From Basidioascus undulatus (taxonomy: Eukaryota), in assembly GCA_000826855.1 (NCBI GenBank), contig JTLS01000095.1:1-32015 (forward strand): DNA of 32,015 nucleotides, given 5' to 3'. The notes beneath the pieces were generated by a model, which ran no database searches, had not been told where the DNA came from, and saw only the letters and a list, made by a program, of their open reading frames with translations. Positions 21,316-32,015 of the stretch are shown piece after piece. Positions within the stretch are counted from its first letter, which is position 1. Each line of letters begins with the position of its first letter. The position numbers were made by a program, and so were the translations under genes.

Positions 21316-23208
21316 TAAACTCACCCCTCGTACCGGGGGTTCGTCACCACCCACCTAGGAGCATCATAGCCATGAATCCTAGAGAAGTTAAAACTTTAGT
21401 GGCTTCGAGATTCCCCAACCCTGATGCCAATCTATCACAGGAGTCCAGTCTCAGCGGCGTTAGCAGGCTGGGCAAAAACCAGGAATCACGGCATTTGCGG
21501 GGCATGAGTAGAACAGAGGGAGTGTGGGACAAGATATTTCTCATTATTTTAAAGTTTTAGTTGATTTCCAAATGAAGACTGCACAACCTGGGACTTCTGG
21601 AAAACGTACATGTATCGGTGGCCCTGAAACTGAACATCTCGCACCGGCCAGTACACATGCAATGCAGCAGTATGCAGATTGTGTATGCTGCTAGCCTTTT
21701 CCAGTTTGACGGTATATACAGTTCCGGGAAACTTCAAATTACCTAGGGGTCCCTCTTGTTGAAACTGCTTCCAGAATACCCCATGAGGCTACGTTCTAGT
21801 CCAACTGCCGTATCAGTTGACTCAACGGATGGGGCCTGCAACAGCCTGTGTGTGTATATTTAATATCAATGTTCCAAGCAAAATATCATCAGGTTCTCAC
21901 ATCGCGGCTATGATATGTTGGCCCTCAGCTGAAATGCAGACATAAAGAACCGATAACGCCAGTGCAGTCGGAAGAGGTCGTGCGAGCTGTGTGACAATGG
22001 GCTTTTGCAATGTCACTAAAGCCTGTATCTACTCAAGCTTGAACTTTAGACATTAAACCATGTCAATTCGTAAAATTCAACAATACAAGCCTCACAACAA
22101 CAACAGGCACCCCTACAGGTGGACAGGAGGCAGGGTGCCCAAAAGCTTGTATTCGTGAGCTGTGTGACGGGCATCAAATAGGCAGTGGGGTGGCCTGCCC
22201 TCAAGACACCCAGAATATATGTTAGAAGCTATCTGAAAGGCAATCGCCAATCCCCTCAGTTCTGTGGCGAGGCACAAGGGCCAGACCAGCCATGCTGCAC
22301 ACGAGCAGCTACCGATACAGCTGCAGCGGCCCAGAGAGCCAGAGCGAGGTTCCAGGCCATTCAAAAGTACATGCAATTAATCCGTCAAAGTTGATCCCCA
22401 TAGGGGCAGAATTGCGAGGACCGATGCAACCGCAAGGAGGAACGTCGCAACGGTGAGCACGTCCCTTTCAATGGCGAGCGTGAGCCCAGGAATGCAGCCG
22501 AGCGCCCGGGGGCCAGCGCCGCGCCACGAGCCGGGCGAGGCCCGCTAATCCCGCCGGTGCTTCCCGAAGCCGTCAGTGCGCGTGGAGCCACCGCGTGGGC
22601 CGCCACCAAAAGAGAGAATTGAGAAATGAAATGCGATGTGCAGACGAGGCTGTCCGCACAGAGGCAGACGCAATTGACACTCCAATGAGGGTCGGTCTTT
22701 TCCTATAGTTTGTTACAGCTCATGCCCCAATGATGCCGCTGGCTTGAAAGAGCAAACTGGACGATACTGCCGTCACCGCCCTCAAAGGTCCGCTTCGGTT
22801 CCGTCTTCCGATTTCATATAGAACAGAAGGACTTATTCGATAAATGATTGAAATTTCGATCCTCGTATTCTTTTCATGAATGCCTGAGGAAAGCGAAGCG
22901 CACCTCTGTTTATTGCAACAATTCGCAACAGTCCCCTCTTAGAGAAGACATTGACGCGCCTATCAAAGCGAGGCGTCCATGCGAGAATAGTACAAGAAAT
23001 ATGAATGCGGTTGCGAGCGTTGCGAGCCAGCAGTTGGCTCACACATGCGGAATAGCAAAGGAACGACCAGTTTCGCTCTGCGAAATATACCCAAAGTAGC
23101 ATCAAGCCCCAGCGGCATCAAGCGCGTAAGGCATCAAGCCCCAATAACGTAAGAGAGAGAAGGCGTCAAGCCATGTACGAGTGAGGGTAAGAAGTAAAAG
23201 GAAGGTGT

Positions 23209-24314
23209 TCAGGCCCATTCCCAGGTCATGTCGCTGGCACGACCGATGTTGAGGCCAGAGGCCGCGTTTTGGACGATACCCTCCACGAGAGCCAGGAACC
23301 CGGTCGACTAGGGTGAACGACACGAGCGAGAGTCAGCAATGTGACCCACAGCCCATAGACAGTGAGATGAACGCACAGTGAAGTCCAAGTCGCCCCAGAC
23401 ACACGCCTCGCAACGGTCAGTAACGGTCGCCGACACGGTGTTGCCACCGAGGTGCGCGTTGATCTTCTTGTTGCAGTAGCTGAGAAGAATTCCCAAATTT
23501 CAGATATATCCATTCTTGCGTAGTGCAATGCAAGACTCACGGGTTCTCGTTGGGGTTGCCGTTGTAACCCGGTGCAGAATCGAAGAGCTCGTGCGAGATG
23601 GCGACGATGAAGTCCGAGCCGGAGTTCGTCTCTCCGCATGCGCCCATACCCGGAGCGTAGAAGCTTATGGGTATGAAGTCAGCCTCGGCGAAACAGGCCA
23701 AAAAAACAAGACACATACGTGGCCTGGCCACTGAAACCGCTCGAACCCGAGGAGCCGCCAGACGAGGCGGAAGAAGTCTCTGCAAGCGCTGCGGAGGACG
23801 AGGTATCCTGTGTAGGAGTAGCCGAAGACGTCGGGGCGACGTAGGACGAAGTCGAGGTCTTGGTCGGGGGGACGTAGGACGACGTCGAAGACAAGGTAGG
23901 AGCAACGTAGGAGGACGAAGACGGGGTGTAGGCAGCCGACACGGTCGACGTGGCAACGGAAGTGGTATCAGAGGGCGTGCCCAACGACGCAGTTGAGGTG
24001 GTAGACGCAGAAAATGCCGAGGAACCCGAAGCGTAGTCGAGGGCAGCCACAGAAGCGGTAGGCCTGGCTTTGCACTTGCGCCCCCGCTTCTTCATGACGG
24101 GCGTGCCCGCGGCCCGCGCGACGTGACGGTGAGAGCGGCGATGGTGGGTGCTGTGGCCAAGCTGCGTGCTGCCAATCGGACGGGCCCTACGTGAATGAGA
24201 AGCGATCGTTAGTTCGAGGCGCCCACTGCGAGAGTCATGGATGCTGCGCGACAAGCACGAGACGACAGCGAGAAGGAAGGTGAGCGTGAAGAGCGTGACG
24301 ATGGAGATCTGCAT
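23209..24314 (-). CDS. Secreted expansin-like/loosenin-type protein (RlpA-like DPBB domain) with Ser/Thr-rich linker
   Basis: Signal peptide MQISIVTLFTLTFLLAVVS, basic KKRGRKCK motif, S/T linker, then SGQAT|FYAPGMGACG..DFIVAIS..NENP|YCNKKI..VTDRCEAC..DLDFT..MTWEWA*. Confidence 0.9.
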
Positions 24315-25090
24315 CTTGCTAAATCGGAATACGGGAACGTCGCAGAACGAAGGGGATGAACGAGTGACTGAAATGAGCGAATGTGATGCGGGTCGCGTGT
24401 GGCGGTGAGGGGTCGGCTCGAGGGGACAAGAGAAAGAACGGCGGGAATGGAGGGAGAGGATGAACGAGGAGACGATGAGAAGAGGATGAGGAAGGAGAAA
24501 GAAACGAAGATGGGAACATGGCTCCTTTATTTAGCAGAGCGGTCCAAGCGAGCCGAAGCCGTGATCCCTAAAATGGACAGCAGGCGGACAGGTCACTCCG
24601 TCCCACATTTACGGGGCGATGCGATGCAATACATAATACATGCGCGACCAGGGATTCGTGAGCGGTACACATGTTAGAGAAAGCGAAGCGCTGATCTGCC
24701 ACTCCGGAGGAGGCGAGGAAGCCGGAAATGGCAGTCGGGCGTCGAGAGCCAGACGAGGCTTGTCACGGTGAAAGTGACGTTGAGGACTGCAGTCGGGGCT
24801 GTGGCGATTTTCGTCGTGCAACGAACCCAGCGCGCCAATGGTCCGGGTGGAAGGCAAGAGTAATTGGGTATAGGAAACTCAGGCAGCGCCCACGGGAGCA
24901 TTGGGAGCGCGCGTGGGTGCTCCCTCATGATGCAGCGAACGCCACGAGCCACACGGAGACTGGACACATCTGCTGCTTAACACCGCTTTTCATTGTTCTT
25001 CACCGAAACATCATACGCTCATCCCTCCTCCTATTCTCCTCACACAAAAGTCCGAAGAAAGGGGGGGAAAACGAGACCGGCGACTCCAGC

Positions 25091-26239
25091 TTAGACGGTG
25101 CCAGAGTTGGTGATCTGATTTATACGTTGTGAGCGAATGATACGCTTGCGAAGACAAAATGACACTTACCTGGACCGGCTGGCGGGGCTTGCCGGAGGAG
25201 GAGCCCTGGCCCTCGATCTTCTTGACGAGGTCCATGCCATCGACGACCTCGCCGAAGACGACGTGCTTGCCGTCGAGCCACGAGGTGACGACGGTGGTGA
25301 TGAAGAACTGGGAGCCGTCTGTTCGTTGGCTCGGCAGTTAGCAACCACTTCCCAGTGCTTCGGCCGCTGCAGAAAGAACGCACTGGTGTTGGGGCCGGCG
25401 TTGGCCATGGAGAGGAGGCCAGGCTTGGTGTGGCGGAGCTTGAAGTTCTCGTCCGCGAACTGCTCAATTTGCCAGAGCAGCAATCAGTCTCAGTTCAGAC
25501 ACGCCAGAAGCCTCGACCGTAAACTGACCTTCTCGCCGTAGATGGACTTGCCGCCAGTGCCCTGGAAGCGCAGAGGAGTCAGCAACAAGTCACTGCGGAT
25601 TCAGACTGCAATCGTACGTTGTGGCGGGTAAAGTCACCACCCTGGAGCACTGCGCGTTGATACAGCGTTAGCGACATAACATGCAACGGGAGAGCTTGGG
25701 AGCTAACGCACTGAACTCCGGGATGATGCGGTGGAAGCCAGAGCCGGCGTAGCCGAAGCCCTTCTCGCCGCTGTTGTGTGGCCGCCCGACATGGTGGAAC
25801 GGGAAAGTTTGGGGTAGGAGGAGAGGAGGCAAGAAAAGACCCAGCGTTAGAAAACACTTTGCAACTCTTGTCCAGCATTTTACACGCACGTAGCGAGGGC
25901 ACGGAAGTTGGCCGCAGTCTTCGGGACAACGTCGTCGCTGTGGAAGAACGAGGACAATGGTCAGAATGAGCAGCGGTAGCAGCAGTAGCAACACGGCGAA
26001 CTAGAGCTTAAAGGTGATGCGGCCCGAACTAGAGAGAGCAATATTCGGTTAGACACCGAGGACAAGAAGCGGCAGTAGCACAGCGAACTCACGGCTGGCC
26101 GCCAATGGAGATGTCGAACTGCACCGACGCGGATCCTTCAGCGACCCATAGCCGCAACGAGGATGACACAGCTACTCACAAAGACGTTGGACATGATTCT
26201 GGCGGTCGATGCGAAGCGACGGGCGAAAGTGGGCATCAT
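25091..26239 (-). CDS. CPR1: Cyclophilin A-type peptidyl-prolyl isomerase with optional N-terminal mitochondrial presequence
   Basis: [89 protein letters not shown] across 9 exons. ATGs at 26239/26236 and 26194. Confidence 0.96.
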
Positions 26240-28129
26240 TTTGGGCGAGGTAGTGGGAGGAAGTGAAGATGGAAGGTGGAGGAACAACGCGCGAAGGGAA
26301 TTGGGAACCGGCAAAGGCTAACATCAGCTTAAGCTACGAGTGGGAGGGAATGGCACATGGCACATTGATACGCCCGCCTTCGGCCAGAAAGGCGGGCAGC
26401 ATGGCGACGTACGAGGATGTGATGTGCTTAGAGTGGAAGACGATGGGGAGAGGAAAGAAGCGGTGTGCTGGCGGAGGACAGACACAGGAGATGACGCAAG
26501 TGACCTGCACCGTGTCCAGCACAGTGACCCAGCGCGCTGTTACAGTACTTAGTACTCTAGTCTTCCGAGAGTCTCTTGCTCCGCTGCCGTCTATTTCGAT
26601 CCATTTCTTACAATCGTCTTCTGCGGGTCAATACACAGCTCAAATGCTCAAAACTTTAAAGTCACAGTGCTCGCCGACAGGCCTCTTGAGCTAAAAACAT
26701 GTCCGAGTCAGCACATCGAGAAGTACGCCATTGTTCCACCCAACTGACTTGTCCAATCTGCAAAGTGAGCATTAGTAGGAATAAAGTTTACGGGTGTTTA
26801 AGAAAAAGAATAAATACTCTTTAATGCTGGGACCAAGGAATAGTAACAAATTCGTGCAGTCTAGCTGCTGGGTTGATTTGCCTCAGGTGGAGCTGCAGCG
26901 TGGGGTTTCTGAGCATTGCACCTTTACGCAAGTCGCGATGCCTAGACCATGCTTTCCAAAACAATGCGCGGCCGATAGATCTTTTTGAAACTTTGTAGAT
27001 AATCGCCTCCAGCATCCAAGCGGACGCTAAATACTGACAGTACGGCACAACTCCGCGGTAGAGCTTACCGTAAGACTGTTGACGAAGCCGTAGATGCTCG
27101 GCGAAGGGACAAAATAGGGCGGGGTGGCATGTGTACACCTTCCTGAAACTCGCCACACTTGTACCTGATAGCGAACAAAGGCGAGAGAAGCAGCGGAGCT
27201 CCTACGCAGCGTACACGTCGGAATAGTCAACCATGACCGATGGGCACTGCCTCTAGCGCAGGTTGGAGACGTCTGGTACCCGAGACAGTGTAATTTGGTA
27301 GTAATGAGAGTATCTTTGCATTCTATAGAGGAAGGCTGTCACTTGGTGTACGACATGCTTGCCCGTTCGATCCATGCTACTAAACGTCTGGCCTGAGTCT
27401 TGATACTTGGATATTCTAAATTGCCGAATTTTAAATTCATTCAGTACTCGATTGTCATGCCCAAGGTTGCCAGACTTGAGAAGCGACAGAACGCGGGAGA
27501 CGAGCATTGCTCAACTTTGACCACTACGAGTGTCGAGGCGATCGATCACGCGGAAGTCACCTTGAAGGAGAATTTTATGAAATCCTAGTCCGTGATACCT
27601 ATCCAGTGCTGAAGGTAGGATCTCGCCGTTCTTCCATTCCTTCCAGTCAAACTGGACACAGCCGATTCTCCGATGCGTCGTTGGGGCGCTGGCACTGAAA
27701 AGCACAACTTGTTACCGACGTCCGTTCTGGGCTCTTTCTTATGTGTTTGTGTTGAAGCACATAACATCGGTTTTCAACACCGCCATGTGCACGTCCAACG
27801 GGACAGGGCCGTCCAGCGAGCGTAAACCGGTGCCGAGCTCGCCGCAGATTTATCCCGTAGGAAACGTCCTCACGCGACAGGCGGCTTTCGTCGCTGATTA
27901 GTGTGCTTGGTGGACTGAATGAGGCGCCAATTCCGTTAACGCTGGTCGTCCACCTTCTGATGTGGACACCTTCTGGGGCAGACCCGGGTTCCGTTGACCT
28001 AGAACTTCGAACCCCGTTGCTGGCCAAGCCTCGCGGCCGGCTTACCCCTCTCTCCCTTGGGCACTCGCGCTCAATATATCTTCCTTTTAAGCATTATTCA
28101 TCCCTAATAGTCCTCTCGCAGTACGCACA

Positions 28130-30551
28130 ATGCTCAAGCTCATTCATCCCGTGCTCGACCCCGTCCTGCTGCGCATCGCCACCATGCCCTGTTCCGCTTC
28201 TCTTAGCCTATAAGCGTCCGCGCCATTTTCATCCTGTTCACAGTCATCCTATCTATCCGCCCGCACCGGTCCTGTTCTACCTGCTCAGCATCCTCCATCG
28301 GATGCTACCGCCTCTCGCCGTTCCACCCGCTCGCCAAGATCGTCAGTCGCGGACTTTGGCTCGAATGTGCTGCTGCGCTGGCTAACTTTCGTTGGTAATC
28401 TTAGCCGGGTCCCACCATCGCCAAGCTGAGCATGTTCTGGCGTGCAAAGATCGCCTTCAACACCAACGGCCATCGTCGTTTGATGTAGCTGCACGAGAAG
28501 TACGGGGATTTTGTCCGGACCGGTGCGCCTGCTTTCCAGTTATTCTGGAGGAGCGCAGCTGAACTCATATATTTGGGGAGCCTTCAGGTCCGAACGAGGT
28601 TAATGTCCGTCACCCCCAGGCCGTCGCGATCGTGCATGGTCAGAACTGGGTGAAGGGCCCGAGCTACAACGGTGGATCACTGGCGTTGCTGAGCTGGCAG
28701 GCTGGCACTCTGACCGTTTGAAGGCCTCTTGACCAAGCTTGACGAGTTCAAGGGTGCATCACTGCATTCGACTCGAGTGAGGGAAGAGCATGACAGGCGA
28801 AGGAAGAATTGGGGGAGAGGCAAGCGCATTTGTATGTCCTCGTTGCCCGCAACCGCCATACTGAATTCGAAGCGGCGGAAGTCACACAGCCTTTACTTCC
28901 ACTGCGCTATCGTCGTACGTTCCCGGGACGGTAGAGCGCGCCCAGCAGCTTGCGGACCTGCTCGAGGAGGAGGCGAAGCAGACCGGTTGGGCCGATATTG
29001 ATCTAAGGTATGTATGCGAGGATGTTCGCTACGTGCTTTTGCCAAGGTTGGAGGATAAGCCAGCTCTATTCAAAGTGAGCAGGTTGTTCGAAAGCCGCGT
29101 GTACTTGCCCACGCAGAAAGGTGCATTCTCGAAAGAAGGTTGCCCGCGTCCCGAGTGGCCTGCGGGTGAGGATAAGGACTGAATGCGTTGCATCTTGGGG
29201 AACGGTACGGACCGTGAGCTTGAAGAACCCCTTCCCAAGGGTTTGTCGGCCATGATGTCGGTCGCCATTTAGCTCAAGGCGGTCTGTGCCTCCGAAGAAC
29301 CTGTGAGACGGGCAATGAGAAACACCGGTGAAGGCTGCGGCATGCAGGCCGACTCACAGAAACTGCAGCGTCTCTTGCCTTATCCCGCTTCTCAGAAGGC
29401 ATTCCACGCCGCTGTTTCGAGTGTGATGAACAGGAGGCTCGAGGAGGGGGCGAAAACCAAGGATATTTTCTCGCATATCATGAGTGCTCACAGTCGGAGC
29501 AAGGCAAAGCTCGGTCTGCTGACATTTCGGACGGCTCGTCGCAGATGTCCGATGACAGCGAAGACGACTACAGCAAGAAGCCCATGAGATTACTCTTTTC
29601 TCCGAAACTTTCCTCATCGTCGTTGCGGGTGCGTGACCTGGCAGAGTTTCAAACGAAGCCGCTCGCTGACGTCCGCGGATTTAAAGGGTCCGACACGACG
29701 GCCTTCACCCTCACGAAGGTCTTCTTCTACCATGATCCAGCACCCTTCCGTCCTGCGCGACCTCCAGGCCGAGCTCGACACCGCCGCGATCGAGCCGACG
29801 GACGTCGCGGGTCTCGCGAAGCTGCCGCTGCTCTCCGCGGTGATCGACGAGATGCTGAGGCTCGCTCCTGACGGTCTCATCGGGTTTTCGTGGAGGCCTC
29901 CCCCGGGCAGCGGAGGGGGGATGATTGGAGGAGTGTGCGGTTTTGCCTTTTTGCCATGGCAAGCGAGCGAGACCTGACGACCCGTTGCAGACTCGTTCCA
30001 GAGGGCACGACGGTGTACCTTCCCACTTACGTGCTGCACCGTGACGAGTGCAGCTTCGGAAAAGAGTGAGTTGCACTTTCTATTCTCTCCACCCCCTTTT
30101 GCTTTCGCTCACGTCAAACGCCTACCGTACCAGCGCCCACCTCTTCCGTCCTTCGCACTGGCTCGACGGCTCGTAGACCCCGCCCAACTCACATCCTGGT
30201 TTCTTCTCTTTCAGCAAAGGTGAGCTTCGATATCCACAGTCATCAGACGCAGTGGGACATGCATAAACTAAAGTTGTATTCTCCAGGCGTCTACAACTGC
30301 GTCGGCCGCCCGTTCGCCTTGAACGAGATGCGCATCGTCCTGCCCGTCCTGCTCAGCCGGTTCGACTTCGCGCCGGTTAAAGGATGGGAGCCGTTGCACT
30401 TCGAGGACAGCATTGGAGAACATCAAACGTGAGCATCTGGTTTCAGTAAAAAGTCCCACCGTAACTGACTTGGTGGTGGCTCTCTGTTCTGCTTCCCAGG
30501 GCGACGAAAGGCCCGCTCCCGGTGCGCATCACGCCGAGGAAGTCGCTTTGA
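28130..30551 (+). pseudogene. Cytochrome P450 pseudogene
   Basis: YRLSPFHPLAK, LHEKYGDFVRTGPNEV, HDRRRKNW, VAGSDTT (I-helix), EMLR (ExxR), heme motif FSKG|VYNCVG. Multiple stops and frameshifts; the E/F-helix exons appear on the opposite strand. Confidence 0.9.
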
Positions 30552-31223
30552 TCTGTTTCTGTTTCGCCTTCCGTCTGTCCTTCCGTCTGCACAGTCGAGA
30601 GGAAAGGGAAGTTGTATTTCTTGAAGATTCGAAAGATGGATCTGTATGATTCAATATGTGTTGTTCGAAAACCGCCAACCTCATTTGCAGCCGGTCCGGT
30701 TCTTGAGAAAGGCAGCCTGACCAGACGCATGTCGGTGTAGTCTGGAAAGCCAGACGGTCGACCTGATGTGAGCAGCGAGGCGAGCGCGCGAATTGACTTT
30801 GTTTGGATCGGGGGGTGGAAGGGGTCGACCGTCCACTCCCCCCCTCCCAAGATCCACATTCGTTCACTCGCTCTCGCTGCACGTGAGGGACGGTCTGGCT
30901 TTCGAGACCACGTCGGTGTGCTCCCTCCGTGCGTTTGGATAGCATACGCATTCAGCGCTCAAGGACCACGAAATGCACTTGGCTGTACGAGACGTCCGAG
31001 GAGATTGACTGGAGACGGAGATTAACTCTCGGGCTTTCGTATCCTCACCGGCGCAGTGCGAAAAGCCGACCACCAACTCCACTCCGGCCGCGTGCCAATC
31101 AACGCCCATCTGAACGTCGCAGTCTGCTGAGAATTGAATCCGATGAATCACTCCGCTCCATCTCACCTGGCACATTCACACACCCGTTCCTTTCTATCCA
31201 TCGGTCCGCATCGATATCCGCAC

Positions 31224-32015
31224 TCATGCCTCCCACTCCTGCACAGTCTCATAAAACTCCTTCGCGATCCTCTTGCTTGCGTCCACGCCCTTCTCGTCCT
31301 ATCGCCCGAATGCATGAATCAGTCCTCGAACAAGCTGAAAAGACAAGAAGAGGGTCGAAGAGAAGGAAGACGCAGACGCACAGCTGTGTCCCCGATAGCG
31401 CGTACGCAGAGGTATTTGCGCCCGAGGAGGAGCGACGCGTCCACCTCGCCCGTGAGCGGCGTGCCCTGCGCACCGTACACCTTTCCTCCGGACTCCTGGA
31501 CGATGACGATGCCTGCCGGGGGGTTCCACATTTCCGTCAATACACATCGCCCAGTCGAACAAGGACAAAGGGGGCAGAAGACGCACCGGCGCAGACGTCC
31601 CACTGCCAGCACCCGCTACCCTCCAACCCCTATCAGCATCTCTCCCGCCTCCAACCAAGCGCACTCACATCTCCCAATACGCGTCCAGCCCCCCCCTCGC
31701 AACCATACAATAATTCAGACTCGCGGCGCCCAAACTCCTGAGCCCGTGTGCCATGCGGCCCCCCTTCTTCGGCTCAGCGACGAGCCGCTCGAAGCTCCTG
31801 AGCTTCAGGGGAAGCGTGCGCTCCGTCCTGTCCGCGCCCCACTCGACGCCGAGGAGTGCGTCGGAGAGGTCGCGCAGGGGCGGGGCGGGCGCGGTGAGGG
31901 GGAGGCGGTGCCTTTCGTTTAGGTAGGCGCCCTTGTTTTCTATGGCGGAGTGGACGTTTCGACTGCGAGTGTTAGAAACGAGAGTGGTGGCGGACGGGAT
32001 GAAAGAGGAGACTCG
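31224..32015 (-). CDS. Inositol monophosphatase, 3' part (5' end outside window)
   Basis: GAYLN..LPL, GVEWGADR, RSLGAASLNYCMVARGGLDAYWEI|GCWQWDVCA|GIVIVQESGG, YLCVRAI, ending EFYETVQEWEA*. Confidence 0.93.

Noticed and set aside
21356..22400. AT-richer block, possible transposon relic
   Set aside because: No terminal repeats, TSD or transposase/RT motifs found by eye.
26700..27900. Short ORFs between cyclophilin and the P450 pseudogene
   Set aside because: No motifs and non-genic codon usage; treated as intergenic or decayed sequence.
1..32015. CRISPR arrays or prokaryotic operons and defence systems
   Set aside because: The sequence is eukaryotic with spliceosomal introns; no repeat-spacer array is present.

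Overview
Eukaryotic, intron-rich fungal DNA. The high GC, GTGCGT/GTGAGT donors, GCTGAC branch points and ~50-90 nt introns suggest a basidiomycete, probably a Rhodotorula/Sporidiobolales-like yeast (inference). The ORF track mostly shows exon fragments or antisense shadows, so gene models were rebuilt by hand. Apparently intact genes: a secreted Kex2-type repeat precursor (2598-3550), RPS5, the 51-kDa complex I subunit, GPI8, battenin BTN1/CLN3, a low-complexity hypothetical protein, an expansin-like DPBB protein, cyclophilin and the 3' part of inositol monophosphatase. There is also an atypical tRNA-Leu(CAG). Decayed loci sit between these: an Mx-like dynamin pseudogene, a membrane-protein relic, a cytochrome P450 pseudogene with an internal inversion, and a possible LTR at the left edge. 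The most interesting items are: (1) the precursor of four (plus one relic) dibasic-flanked, amphipathic beta-strand peptides, reminiscent of Ustilago Rep1 repellents, whose introns are offset by 1 nt from repeat to repeat; (2) the RPS5 start codon split by an intron (A|TG), with a competing 3' splice site that would delete it; (3) the tRNA-CAG with a compensated non-canonical D-stem and a minimal variable arm.
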